Virus record (IMG/VR): IMGVR_UViG_3300029288_004137
Span: 128,001-192,000 of that record
Strand: one strand, 5' to 3'
Source of the DNA: a virus
Lineage: Duplodnaviria > Caudoviricetes
Length of the DNA: 64,000 nucleotides
Positions 10,887 through 20,560 of the stretch are shown here, in pieces; the stretch's first letter is position 1; every line of letters starts with the position of its first letter. A model generated the notes under the pieces. The model was not told the origin of the DNA and made no database searches. It worked only from the letters and a program-made list of their open reading frames with translations. The position numbers were made by a program, and so were the translations under genes.

Positions 10887-11091
10887 CTATTTTGATTTAC
10901 CTTTTTTGCTATTCTTTTTTATTGCTTTATTTTCTTCTTCTTTTTGAGTAATTAAAGCTTGATAATAAAACTCTCTTAATTTGGAAGGAATCTTAGTATA
11001 ACATGAATACCAATCAAAATTCGCAGCATACACCAAATGAAATATCATTTGATGAACATTTTTCATATATTTATCACTTAGGCCAAAAAAA
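10887..11091 (-). CDS. tail assembly chaperone C-terminal extension (likely reached by frameshift from the upstream gene)
   Basis: Overlapping +1 frame FFGLSDKYMKNVHQMIFHLVY...IPSKLREFYYQAL...KEEE, resembling GT-type chaperone tails; starts at a T7 run. Confidence 0.55.
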
Positions 11092-11943
11092 TTCAGTGCC
11101 ATATGGCACAACAATATCCTCCTCTGTAACACCACAACTTGGACATTCCCATTTTGTTTTTAATACTATGTCTGGAGAACAAGCAGTATATACTACTTTA
11201 AAAAACCTAGTATCTAACATTGGCACAGTTTTTGTAAATTTTAAAAGAGTAGCAGCATCTTTTTTCCCATTAACTTCAATAATAGACCTTCTTAACTGAA
11301 GTGTAAAGTTTTCTTCATTAATCAAAGCATTTTTATTATTCTTTGATACTTCTTGAATATATTTTTCATCTTCTCCAGTCAATAACCTAAATTTTATATT
11401 TGCTTTCGTCTTTGGTAAAATTAAAGAAAATACCCCAGGAGAATCAATACTTAATTCAACATCTTTAGATTCTATATACATTAAAACTTCTTTATAATCT
11501 TTAATTACTGCTTTATTTAAATCATAATCAAAATTAGACCGTGTGTCACATGCAGGACAAACAATTTTTGCAGAATATTCTGGACCTAACCCATTTATCC
11601 TTGCTGCTAATAAAATTGCATTTCTATCACCTATTGTTATCTTTTCTGGATTAACCTTGTCTAATAAAATGCTTTTCATTAACCTATCTAAAACTATACC
11701 TTTTTTAATTAAAGACTTGCTTGTTAAAATATCCTCTTCTTGTGCTGTCATTTCTTTTATTTCTATATTCTTTTTCTTATAAAAAGGATGATTAACTGGA
11801 TATACTTCTCCCCACGATGGAAGTTCAACTGCTACAATAGGAAAATCTATTTTTGTTTCTTCTACTTCTATCTTTTCTTCTTTTAAATCAACAGGAATAT
11901 CATCATTGTTTTGAATAGGATTAAATCTATTAGAATCATTCAT
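11074..11943 (-). CDS. baseplate hub/tail assembly chaperone (T4 gp26-like)
   Basis: VELPSWG..YP, MTAQEEDIL, GDRNAILLAARI, two CxxC pairs, C-terminal FFWP. ATG at 11943 has SD GAGGTG (the track starts at 11955). Confidence 0.75.
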   Translation of the reverse strand: MNDSNRFNPIQNNDDIPVDLKEEKIEVEETKIDFPIVAVELPSWGEVYPVNHPFYKKKNIEIKEMTAQEEDILTSKSLIKKGIVLDRLMKSILLDKVNPEKITIGDRNAILLAARINGLGPEYSAKIVCPACDTRSNFDYDLNKAVIKDYKEVLMYIESKDVELSIDSPGVFSLILPKTKANIKFRLLTGEDEKYIQEVSKNNKNALINEENFTLQLRRSIIEVNGKKDAATLLKFTKTVPMLDTRFFKVVYTACSPDIVLKTKWECPSCGVTEEDIVVPYGTEFFWPK

Positions 11944-11981
11944 AAAACACCTCATAAATTGTTATATTGATAAAGACTTAA

Positions 11982-12530
11982 TTAATTTGCGCTTCCTGGA
12001 TTCCAAGTATCACCACTGTTTATTGCATTACCTAAAACACTTATCCAAGCCCAATCAAATCTTAATGTTACTTCATAGGTAAGAAGATCATCACTTTCAT
12101 AATCAAGTTCACCAAATTTAACAGACTTTACCCAAGCATTTTTAAGCGTCCATTTCTCATTTACATTTCCCATATCATCAAGTTGTTCAATAACTACATT
12201 CCCTAATGCAAGTATTGATTTGTTTTTTGATAAAGTTTCTAAATCGTTTTCTGTAGAAGGCGGATTATAACCTGCTGCACTAATCATATCTACAAAATTC
12301 TTTGCTCCGTCTGGATCTATTGGATCTACTGTTGAAAAAGACATTTCTTCCCATTCTACTCTTCCTGGAAAGAAGAATGTATGATTCAAATATGCATGTT
12401 TACTTTCTGTTAAACTAAATGAAGGTTTTGTGACTTTTTTAAGAGTATAAACAGGCACTCCCAAAATCATTAATCTCCATCTATAAGCTCTTTTTGGCTC
12501 TGATTGTATCCCATCACTCCAGAATCCCAT
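11982..12530 (-). CDS. gp19: tail tube protein (gp19-like)
   Basis: EPKRAYRW, FPGRVEWE, WTLKNAW..VKFGELDY, LRFDWA; directly follows the sheath gene. Confidence 0.85.
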   Translation of the reverse strand: MGFWSDGIQSEPKRAYRWRLMILGVPVYTLKKVTKPSFSLTESKHAYLNHTFFFPGRVEWEEMSFSTVDPIDPDGAKNFVDMISAAGYNPPSTENDLETLSKNKSILALGNVVIEQLDDMGNVNEKWTLKNAWVKSVKFGELDYESDDLLTYEVTLRFDWAWISVLGNAINSGDTWNPGSAN

Positions 12531-12553
12531 TTTATTTCTCCACGTTCTTGTTA

Positions 12554-15397
12554 TTAATCATTAAACGAAGCGCCTGTATCCGTGATTACAAAATCAATAT
12601 AGAATCTTTCTATTGACTTCGCTGGTTTTACAAATATTTTTGCATAAACTGCATTTCTGTCAATTAATTCAGGAGTTGTCGTTGTTTCATCTAAAATTAA
12701 CTTATATTCATATAAACCTAATCTTGTTTTTACACTCGCTAAGAAAGGTTCTGCTTTTCCTAAGAATGAATTCCAAGTAATTCTTACATTTTGATCAAAC
12801 AAAATATTAAGTGCCATTCTTGAAATTTCTTTCTTAAGATAAATCATAAGTCTTCTAACATTAATTCTATCAAGCGCACTTGCGGTTACTTGAAGAGTTT
12901 TTTGACCCCAAACAACGATTCCTTCTCTTGGGAACGATGCAATAGGGTTAATATTAGCAGCATAAAGTTTTTCTCTATCACTCGAAGTTAATTTTTCACG
13001 AACATTAATAACTGGCAATCCTGCTGCACCCGTACTTAATCCACCTCTATTAAATCCTGCTGGAGCAAACCAAAGCTCGCTATTCTTCTCACTCGAAGCC
13101 ATAACACCTATTGCTGCAACAGAAGGAGGAACCCAAAGCGAAGCATCTGATACTGTGTCTTGAATTCTAACCCATGGATAGAAACAACATCCATAACTAT
13201 TGTTTATTGATCTTGCTCTAAGATTTGAAATTGTTGTATCAACACTTCCTAATCTTGAAGATTCTGCATCAGTACTTTCTTCTTGTGGTGTATAATCTCC
13301 TACGAGATCAAAAACTGCTAAAGTATCTCCTCTGTCAGAAGCAACATCAAGCATATGCTGAGTTAAAGTAGTATTTGTAATACCAGGCATTGCTATTAAA
13401 TTCATTTCTACAACTTCTGCATCTGATACTGAATCAACCGCTCTTTTAACAGAATTAAAAGCATAGTTTGTTGTTTCTGTACCACCAGAAAGACCTGAAT
13501 TTCTAAAAGGTTCTTTCTCCCTAATATCAAGACCATCATGCCCACCAAACAACGGCATTGTGAATCTATCAAATCCCGCTGTTAATACAGATTCATATGT
13601 TCCACTTGCCGTTATAGAATCTCCCGTTAAACGACACCCATCAGAATATTCTCCAACAATTGCTGAACTTGCCTTGTATTTTATATCGTCTAAACTGAAT
13701 ATAAAGGATGTTTCTGTACCTGAGGTATCCGATGCATCATAAGAATCAACACTATCAGCTAAACAACGAACAATATCAGCATATGATTCATCATATGCTG
13801 TTGAACCGTATTGCTTTGTCGTAACTCCCCAATAAGATAATTTATTAGAAGGTAAATTATCTTCATTGCTATATGTTCTAAGGATAGGGCATGGGAAATA
13901 AAGATCTGCTGTAAATCCTACCAAACCTGTATGTGTTCCACCAGATCCTTCAGGAGTGGTATATGGATAAGGAATTGAACCTGAACCTTTTGTAAAAACT
14001 AAAGTTGTGCTATCATCACTATCTTTTAAAGCACTTCCAGATAGACAAACAATATACTTATATCTAGGAGGTCCATAAAATCCAAAAGGCAAATATGTTT
14101 TATTTAGTGATCCAGCATCCACGTCTTCATTCATTTCAACATAGACATACTTTGATTTATTATCATAATTACCATATTCTGTATATCTTCTTGTCGTATC
14201 ACTCCAAGACACATATTTATCACCAATTTGTTTTGCGATATAATTTGGTGATTTTGGATCTAAGTTACAACCAGAAAATTTCTCCAAAAGAATAACTGAA
14301 GAATCTTTATCACTTGCTTTTCTGATAACAACTGCAAAAGTTCCATAAGGATTTGCAGAATTTGTAGATGCTTTAACATCTTGAATAGAAATCTTTATAT
14401 TCTTTTGATCCCATTCACCTTTGTTGATAGAATGGAATCTAAACAATTTCGACATAGCAGTTTTGCTATAAACACTATAATCACCAAGATCTTGAGAAAT
14501 TATCCAACCTGTCTTTGATTCTTGCATTCCAAATGTATGCACTTGCTTGCTCTTTGTCGAATTTCCTAATGCAAGAATACATCCATATTGATATCCAGCT
14601 CCAGTTGTTTCTGTTAATTTATTGTATAAATATTGATCATATGTTTCACCTAACCAATATGATTGAAGATTTGCTGAATCTGTAATTGTAGAATTGATAA
14701 GTGTTGGATTTGTATTGAAAATTTCTCTAATATAATTTCTTGACGATTTACTAAAATTAAATGTTGCTGTCAAAGCAGTCATTCCAGAATCATTACCATC
14801 AATTATAGCTTTAAATTGATAATCTGCACCTGTTGATTTTACCCAAGTTGCTGCATTCGTTGTAACAACACCATCAATAGTTGTACCAGATAATCTAATA
14901 CTTCCTTCATTAAGATACCATACAGCTGCAAGAACTCCATCACCCATATCTGTTACACCAGCAGATCCAGAATCTACAATAAATAACCCATATGCTCCAC
15001 CATTTGTAGTATTAGATGTTGAAAATGATCCGCTTGTAGTCCATCCAGCATATCCAGCTGCAACAGCATCAGTGTTTTGAGCACCAAGCAAACGAACATA
15101 TGTTAAAGGTGTAGAATTCTTTAACCACGCTTGAGCAGCATAAACACCATATGTAGGAGCAAGATAATTCCCATCTCTCCAAACATCATCCCCAGAATTT
15201 CCTGGAATTGGATTACCAAAAATTTCAAGATATTCTGCAAAAGAACTAACTTGAACTGGTCTTAATCCTGGACCTCTCTCTGATCTTCCTATAATAACTG
15301 GACCTATTTGTGCAGCAGTTTTTGGTAATTGACTGTTATCTACCTCTGCTGTATAAACACCTGGACTTATAAACTTAAAATCTTTTGCTGATGCCAT
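12554..15397 (-). CDS. gp18: tail sheath protein (gp18-like)
   Basis: FISPGVY..EVD, GP, WFAPAGFNRG, INPIASF, WGQKTLQ, ALDRINVRRL. ATG at 15397 has SD GGAG. Confidence 0.95.
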   Translation of the reverse strand: MASAKDFKFISPGVYTAEVDNSQLPKTAAQIGPVIIGRSERGPGLRPVQVSSFAEYLEIFGNPIPGNSGDDVWRDGNYLAPTYGVYAAQAWLKNSTPLTYVRLLGAQNTDAVAAGYAGWTTSGSFSTSNTTNGGAYGLFIVDSGSAGVTDMGDGVLAAVWYLNEGSIRLSGTTIDGVVTTNAATWVKSTGADYQFKAIIDGNDSGMTALTATFNFSKSSRNYIREIFNTNPTLINSTITDSANLQSYWLGETYDQYLYNKLTETTGAGYQYGCILALGNSTKSKQVHTFGMQESKTGWIISQDLGDYSVYSKTAMSKLFRFHSINKGEWDQKNIKISIQDVKASTNSANPYGTFAVVIRKASDKDSSVILLEKFSGCNLDPKSPNYIAKQIGDKYVSWSDTTRRYTEYGNYDNKSKYVYVEMNEDVDAGSLNKTYLPFGFYGPPRYKYIVCLSGSALKDSDDSTTLVFTKGSGSIPYPYTTPEGSGGTHTGLVGFTADLYFPCPILRTYSNEDNLPSNKLSYWGVTTKQYGSTAYDESYADIVRCLADSVDSYDASDTSGTETSFIFSLDDIKYKASSAIVGEYSDGCRLTGDSITASGTYESVLTAGFDRFTMPLFGGHDGLDIREKEPFRNSGLSGGTETTNYAFNSVKRAVDSVSDAEVVEMNLIAMPGITNTTLTQHMLDVASDRGDTLAVFDLVGDYTPQEESTDAESSRLGSVDTTISNLRARSINNSYGCCFYPWVRIQDTVSDASLWVPPSVAAIGVMASSEKNSELWFAPAGFNRGGLSTGAAGLPVINVREKLTSSDREKLYAANINPIASFPREGIVVWGQKTLQVTASALDRINVRRLMIYLKKEISRMALNILFDQNVRITWNSFLGKAEPFLASVKTRLGLYEYKLILDETTTTPELIDRNAVYAKIFVKPAKSIERFYIDFVITDTGASFND

Positions 15398-15441
15398 TAT
15401 AAATCTCCGAAAGAATAACAAATGCTATTTATCATCAAATA

Positions 15442-15449
15442 TAAATAGT
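15442..15449 (-). promoter_or_regulatory. putative late promoter motif ACTATTTA upstream of the sheath gene
   Basis: One of nine WCTAHWTA intergenic copies lying 25-45 nt upstream of starts. Confidence 0.55.
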
Positions 15450-15475
15450 AATTAATCTTTCTAAAATTTTCTAAC

Positions 15476-15610
15476 TCACTTTTGTTCTTCATTTTTTTTA
15501 TTTTTTCTTTTGCCTTTTATCATCGTTGCTATTTTAATATTATTACTAATTTCTGCTATAGTAGATCTAACCATTTCTTTCACAATAGACACAAAATCCT
15601 TCTTTTTCAT
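15476..15610 (-). CDS. small basic protein (44 aa), not in the ORF track
   Basis: MKKKDFVSIVKEMVRSTIAEISNNIKIATMIKGKRKNKKNEEQK; SD AAGGAG; ATGA overlap with the upstream stop. Confidence 0.55.
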   Translation of the reverse strand: MKKKDFVSIVKEMVRSTIAEISNNIKIATMIKGKRKNKKNEEQK

Positions 15611-16500
15611 TTTTTCTCCTTATTCTTTAATTGACATACATTCTCATCTGTTCCTCCGTGAGGAAATTCACTTTTTTGTTTTTCATTATAAATATATTGT
15701 TGATCAAACAAATTCGCAAGTAAATCTGCAAAATATGATCGTGTATTTATGTCTGGAAATACTTCGTGAAACATTGCTAAAAAATCATCCCCTTCTTTTT
15801 TTGCTTTTTTATAAGGTTCTATATACTCTTTAACATAAAATGCCTTATTTAATAAACCTCCTGCATCTTCATCACTAGGGTATACAACACAATCATCTTT
15901 TTCTGTAGTAGTACATGCATTCTCTTTATTATCAAAACGACCTACAAAAGGTTCTTTTTTAGGGGGTGTCTGTTTTAATCCAAGACTTTTTAAACCCTTT
16001 AAAGCTCGAATTGCAGCGTCACTGACGCTGTATCTATCAGCACAAACAGGAGCACCTCTACTTGCAATCCCACCAGCTGCTAACAAAAATAAAATTTTTC
16101 CTAACCCTTTTCCTCTATATTTGGGCGTTGTTGCTGCATTTTTAATTTCCCAAGCACCCATACATTTACCATCATCTGCTGCTTCAGTCTCCATTGCATA
16201 AACCATCCCAATAATAGCACCACTATCAATCATATCTTTTGTTGGTAAAAAAACTTTTTGTTCCTCTCCTTCTTCATATTTTAAATCATTCTTTTTTTGT
16301 TGCTTTACTTTCCCTTTGTTATTTTGAAATAATAAAATCATAGATTTTAAATCTATCCACAAAAGACCAAAAGCATCCCCATCATCAATTTCAATTAATA
16401 TTCTATCTGCTTCTTTTTTTTTATTCCACCATCTATATAATTTTTCTCTAAAACTTTCGTTTATTACAAACTTATTCCAGGATTCAAGAAGTCTTTTCAT
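15607..16500 (-). CDS. GNAT-like acetyltransferase-domain protein
   Basis: ATTPKYRGKGLGKILF matches GNAT motif A (R/Q-x-x-G-x-G); N-terminal MKRLLESWNKFVINE leader. Confidence 0.55.
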   Translation of the reverse strand: MKRLLESWNKFVINESFREKLYRWWNKKKEADRILIEIDDGDAFGLLWIDLKSMILLFQNNKGKVKQQKKNDLKYEEGEEQKVFLPTKDMIDSGAIIGMVYAMETEAADDGKCMGAWEIKNAATTPKYRGKGLGKILFLLAAGGIASRGAPVCADRYSVSDAAIRALKGLKSLGLKQTPPKKEPFVGRFDNKENACTTTEKDDCVVYPSDEDAGGLLNKAFYVKEYIEPYKKAKKEGDDFLAMFHEVFPDINTRSYFADLLANLFDQQYIYNEKQKSEFPHGGTDENVCQLKNKEKK

Positions 16501-17324
16501 TAATATTTTTTCCCCGTAAATGGATTTGTATCATCTAACATAACATGCTCTTTTGGAAACTTAACTTCTACTGCATTTTCTCTTGTAACAATCCTTGGCT
16601 TATCCTGATTATCCCCATGCCCTATTAAATGACCTAAAACTCTTAAATTAACTGTCTTTTTAAATTTTCTTTCTTCAGTACCCAAATTATTTACTGTATT
16701 TTCAGAAGAATGCTCACCATCAATAAATAATTCATAATGATGTTGATCATAAGAAATAATCAAAGAATCTATACCTTTAGTTCTTGTTATAAACGGTGTT
16801 TGCAACTCATTCATTTGCTGTTGATATTCAGTTGTTATTTTTATTGCATATGATACTTCTACATAAATAGGTAGAGGAATGCTTATTGTTTCATAAACAA
16901 TCTTTTCACTTTTTCTTGGAAAATTTATTTGTCCTCTTTTTCTTAAAGTTTCAGCATTCACAAAATTTGCTGTTTTATCTTGTTTTATTCTTCTTGCAAT
17001 TGTTATTGAACCACCTTTTTCATCATTATATTCTGGCAATGCTGACCATGCTGTTCCTTTTCTTGTTAAATCTTTTTTTTCGCCTGTCCTTTCAACAGTG
17101 ATTAAAGGATAAATTAAAGATCCTTCATCATCTCTTATTTCTTTATTGTTTTTTATTTGAAATGCTCTCTCTGGTGCTACCCAAAGAACAGAAACTTTCT
17201 TCCATCCTTCATTCGTAGTACAAAATAAATTTAAACTTTTATCTACCCAATCATAAACTGCTATATCTATAGTTTCAAATGTAGATGGACTTATCAATGT
17301 TTCCTTAATTATACTATTTGACAT
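16500..17324 (-). CDS. putative tail terminator / sheath stabiliser (gp15-like)
   Basis: PERAFQIK, RD..G.LIYPLITVER, P.YVEVSY.I...QQQMNEL; position between neck and sheath genes. Confidence 0.55.
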   Translation of the reverse strand: MSNSIIKETLISPSTFETIDIAVYDWVDKSLNLFCTTNEGWKKVSVLWVAPERAFQIKNNKEIRDDEGSLIYPLITVERTGEKKDLTRKGTAWSALPEYNDEKGGSITIARRIKQDKTANFVNAETLRKRGQINFPRKSEKIVYETISIPLPIYVEVSYAIKITTEYQQQMNELQTPFITRTKGIDSLIISYDQHHYELFIDGEHSSENTVNNLGTEERKFKKTVNLRVLGHLIGHGDNQDKPRIVTRENAVEVKFPKEHVMLDDTNPFTGKKY

Positions 17325-18078
17325 TCTTTATCCTTCTCCATACTTCATCAAGATCAAGCATCTTAAAACGATCTGATTCGTCTTGATCTGATACTTTTTC
17401 TGATCGTTGAATATCTTTTAAATCAAGATTACTTGCCCTTTCTGCTTCTCCTTGATCTGATTTTGCTGATACTGGAATATCTTCCAAATCCACTTGATTC
17501 CAATTTGCTTCTGCATCCTTCCTTTTTTTCCACTGTTTATATACTTCACTGTCTTTAATTTTTGTTCCATCAGCACCATTATCAAGCAAATATATAACAA
17601 TATCAAAATGACCATTTCGTACTGCTATTTGTAAAGACCAATCTTGTTGAGCATGAATATCAGCACCATGTTCAACAAGACATTTAACTATATCAAAATA
17701 ACCAAATTGTGCTGCCCATCTTAAAGGTTCATCATTAAGAGCATGAATATCAGCACCAAGTTCAACAAGATATACAACAATATCAAAATAACCACTGTAT
17801 ACTGCCCATCTTAAAGGATAATCATCCCAAGCATGAATGTTAGCACCATGCTCAATACAATATTTAACTTTATCTAAATCACCAATTTCTAGCGCACCAA
17901 CTAATTTACGATCTAATTCCGTTTCTTCTTTTAATAAAATTATTCTTTTTCGTATTTCATTTAATTCTATTTTTTTTCTTTCACTTTCATTTTCATTATA
18001 TGATTCCAAAGAATTTTCTAATTTTTTTATCATTGTCTGAACTTCATCATTTTCTTTTTCTAATGAATTTGTACTCAT
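17314..18078 (-). CDS. ankyrin-repeat protein bounded by conserved linker motifs
   Basis: About 4 repeats of GADIHA..D.PLRWA...GYFDIV.YLVE at 90-nt period; N-terminal IELNEIRKRIILLKE and C-terminal LDLDEVWRRIKNVK. Confidence 0.85.
   Translation of the reverse strand: MSTNSLEKENDEVQTMIKKLENSLESYNENESERKKIELNEIRKRIILLKEETELDRKLVGALEIGDLDKVKYCIEHGANIHAWDDYPLRWAVYSGYFDIVVYLVELGADIHALNDEPLRWAAQFGYFDIVKCLVEHGADIHAQQDWSLQIAVRNGHFDIVIYLLDNGADGTKIKDSEVYKQWKKRKDAEANWNQVDLEDIPVSAKSDQGEAERASNLDLKDIQRSEKVSDQDESDRFKMLDLDEVWRRIKNVK
17344..17379. repeat. 36-bp identical dispersed repeat, copy 1 of 4
   Basis: TTCATCAAGATCAAGCATCTTAAAACGATCTGATTC (+ strand); encodes ESDRFKMLDLDE on the minus strand. Confidence 0.95.
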
Positions 18079-18092
18079 TCTTTCTCACAAAA

Positions 18093-18578
18093 TTAAGTTA
18101 TATTAAAACCACCTTTTCTAATTCTAATACATGTCGCTTCAATAGAAATTTTATATTGAACCTGACCAAAAAACAATCTTGGTTCATTGAGTTCTACTAT
18201 TTCATAATAATTTTTACCATAAACTACTACATCACCAACTCTAACATATAAATCTTGATCCTCTGTTATTCTTCTTTCATGAAAATGTATTTTTATTGAA
18301 GATCTACGATCTACTCCTAAATCCGTTGTTTCTGTCTTATGACCTTCCCATTCAACCATAGCATATACATGCACAGGTGGTAAATATGTTTTATATATTG
18401 CTTCTCCATATAAAGAATGAAAATTTGTATGCTCAACACTTATCGGATAATAAAGAACATTTTGTCCAACAACTCTTTCAACAACTTCATCAGAAATCTG
18501 TTTTGAAAAATCTCTCTCTTTCTCATTCGTAAATAAAGGAGGCGGAGGAGCTTCTGCCCTTTCCCATTCATTTGACAT
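18093..18578 (-). CDS. neck / head-tail connector protein (gp14-like)
   Basis: GQNVLYYPI...LYGEA..K...PPV, VRVGDVV.Y...YYEI; neck-module position. Confidence 0.65.
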   Translation of the reverse strand: MSNEWERAEAPPPPLFTNEKERDFSKQISDEVVERVVGQNVLYYPISVEHTNFHSLYGEAIYKTYLPPVHVYAMVEWEGHKTETTDLGVDRRSSIKIHFHERRITEDQDLYVRVGDVVVYGKNYYEIVELNEPRLFFGQVQYKISIEATCIRIRKGGFNIT

Positions 18579-20556
18579 TCTTTATCCTTCTCCATATTTC
18601 ATCAAGATCAAGCATCTTAAAACGATCTGATTCACTTTGATCTGTTGATGTTTTTGTTCTTGGAATATCATTAAGATCAAGTGTTTGTGCCCTTTCTGAT
18701 TCAGATTGATCGCTTACTGATTTTATTGGAATTTCTGTTAAATCTGCTTGAGTCCACCTGCCTTCTGCTTCTTTTCTTTTATTTTCTGCATCCTTCTTTT
18801 TTTCCCACTGTTTATATACTTCATCATCTTCAATAAATGTTCCATCTACACCATTATCAAGCAAATATTCAATAATATCAAAATGACCATTTTCTAACGC
18901 TTCCCTTAAAGCATAAGGTTCAACAGTATGAATATCAGCTTTATCCTCTCTTTTATCAGAAAGCAGATATTTAACAATATCAAAATGGCCCTCTGCTACC
19001 GCAAACCTTAAAGGATAATCATTCCAAACATGAATATCAGCACCATACTTAATGCATTCTTTAACTTTATTTAAAGAACCACTTTCTACAGCGTCTACCA
19101 ATTCACGATCTAAATAGAAATCTTCTTTTAATAACTTTATTCTCTTCATAACCTCATTAAGATTAAATTTATTTACTTCATCATCTGATATGTTTTTAAA
19201 CTTTCCTTTTATTGCTTTAATTTTTACATCTTTTGATATATTTTTTTTATTTAAATTTTTAATAAAATCTTCCAAAGAAATTTCTTTATCTAATTTTCTT
19301 TTATTTTCTTGTTCCTCTTTCTTTTTTTCTATTTCTTTCCTTTTTTCTTCAACCTTTTTAAACAATTGAGAAATTTCTTCTATTTGTTCTGGATTATTCT
19401 TCTCTATGTCTGCCTTTGCCATATTTATTAAATACTTTATATTCTTATATAATTTATCATTTTTTGCAAGAAATTCATAATTTCCAGTATCAATCGCATT
19501 AAAAACATCCATATGATGCTCAATTAAAAACAATAATAATTCCTTATCTTTATAAACAATCTCATCAAGAATTTTATTGGCAATTTCTATTCCAGACTTC
19601 GCATGTCCATGAAAAGAAATTTTTCCATCTTTTTCTTCTCTTGTCGATAACTTACCCACATCATGCAAAATTGCTAATAATTTATATAACTCTTTTTCTT
19701 CTACTGATGTGAATTCAATTAATTTATTCATAGAATTTAACACATTTTCTGTATGCTGTGCTGTAGTTTCTCCTTTATGAAATTTTGTGTCTTCTATTGA
19801 AGATTCCATCCCTTTCCAAATATTTCCAAATATTTTTGATTTTTTTATAATTTCTTTTATCTCTTGATTTAAATCTTTATCTTCTTTTAATAGCTTTATT
19901 CTCTTCATAACTTCATCAAGATCAAGCATCTTAAAACGATCTGATTCACCTTGATCTGATACTTTTTCTGATCTTGGAATATCATTAAGTTCAAGTGTTT
20001 TCGCTCTCTCTATTTCAGATTGATCATCGATTACTGGATCTACTGGTTTGTCCTCTAAATCCACTCTTTTCCAGTCTTTTTCTAATATTTCTTGTCTATC
20101 AGACCTTAATTGCTTTATCATCACATCAAGTCTTTCATCATGATACGATGGATTTTCTTCTTTAATATCTTCAAGTCGTTTGATAAATATTGAATAATCT
20201 TGTGATGTTATATTATCAGTTTTTTTCAAAAATTTTATAATAAATGTTAAATTGTTAAGACCATAATTTCCATTATCAAATCCTTGTATTGCCATTGCAA
20301 TCATCGTTGAAGCATCATACTTACTCTTAAAAAGTTTATGAATAAATTCCAAATTTCCTTTAAAAATAGCAATATAAAAAGAATACTCTTTAAATTTTTC
20401 TATTTCTTTTTCTGTTATGACCCCAGTTTCTAATGAATATTTTAAAAAATGATAAAAATGAGACATGTTTACATTTATTCTTACATAATATCTAATGTCA
20501 TCTTTTGCCTTTTTATTCAAATCTACATTCATTAATTTTTCTATATAATTATTCAT
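18568..20556 (-). CDS. multi-module protein: unknown domain + HD phosphohydrolase + ankyrin repeats, separated by a repeated linker
   Basis: HD domain HKGETTAQHT...LHDVGK...FHGHA..G...HHM...AD; ankyrin GADIHVWNDYPLRFA; three copies of the (L/F)(D/N)L(D/N)E(V/I)xxRIK linker. Confidence 0.8.
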   Translation of the reverse strand: MNNYIEKLMNVDLNKKAKDDIRYYVRINVNMSHFYHFLKYSLETGVITEKEIEKFKEYSFYIAIFKGNLEFIHKLFKSKYDASTMIAMAIQGFDNGNYGLNNLTFIIKFLKKTDNITSQDYSIFIKRLEDIKEENPSYHDERLDVMIKQLRSDRQEILEKDWKRVDLEDKPVDPVIDDQSEIERAKTLELNDIPRSEKVSDQGESDRFKMLDLDEVMKRIKLLKEDKDLNQEIKEIIKKSKIFGNIWKGMESSIEDTKFHKGETTAQHTENVLNSMNKLIEFTSVEEKELYKLLAILHDVGKLSTREEKDGKISFHGHAKSGIEIANKILDEIVYKDKELLLFLIEHHMDVFNAIDTGNYEFLAKNDKLYKNIKYLINMAKADIEKNNPEQIEEISQLFKKVEEKRKEIEKKKEEQENKRKLDKEISLEDFIKNLNKKNISKDVKIKAIKGKFKNISDDEVNKFNLNEVMKRIKLLKEDFYLDRELVDAVESGSLNKVKECIKYGADIHVWNDYPLRFAVAEGHFDIVKYLLSDKREDKADIHTVEPYALREALENGHFDIIEYLLDNGVDGTFIEDDEVYKQWEKKKDAENKRKEAEGRWTQADLTEIPIKSVSDQSESERAQTLDLNDIPRTKTSTDQSESDRFKMLDLDEIWRRIKNVK
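18598..18633. repeat. 36-bp identical dispersed repeat, copy 2 of 4
   Basis: Same 36-mer; near identity to copy 1 extends about 27 bp further left. Confidence 0.95.
19912..19947. repeat. 36-bp identical dispersed repeat, copy 3 of 4
   Basis: Same 36-mer; near identity to copy 4 extends about 50 bp further right. Confidence 0.95.
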
Positions 20557-20560
20557 ACAA

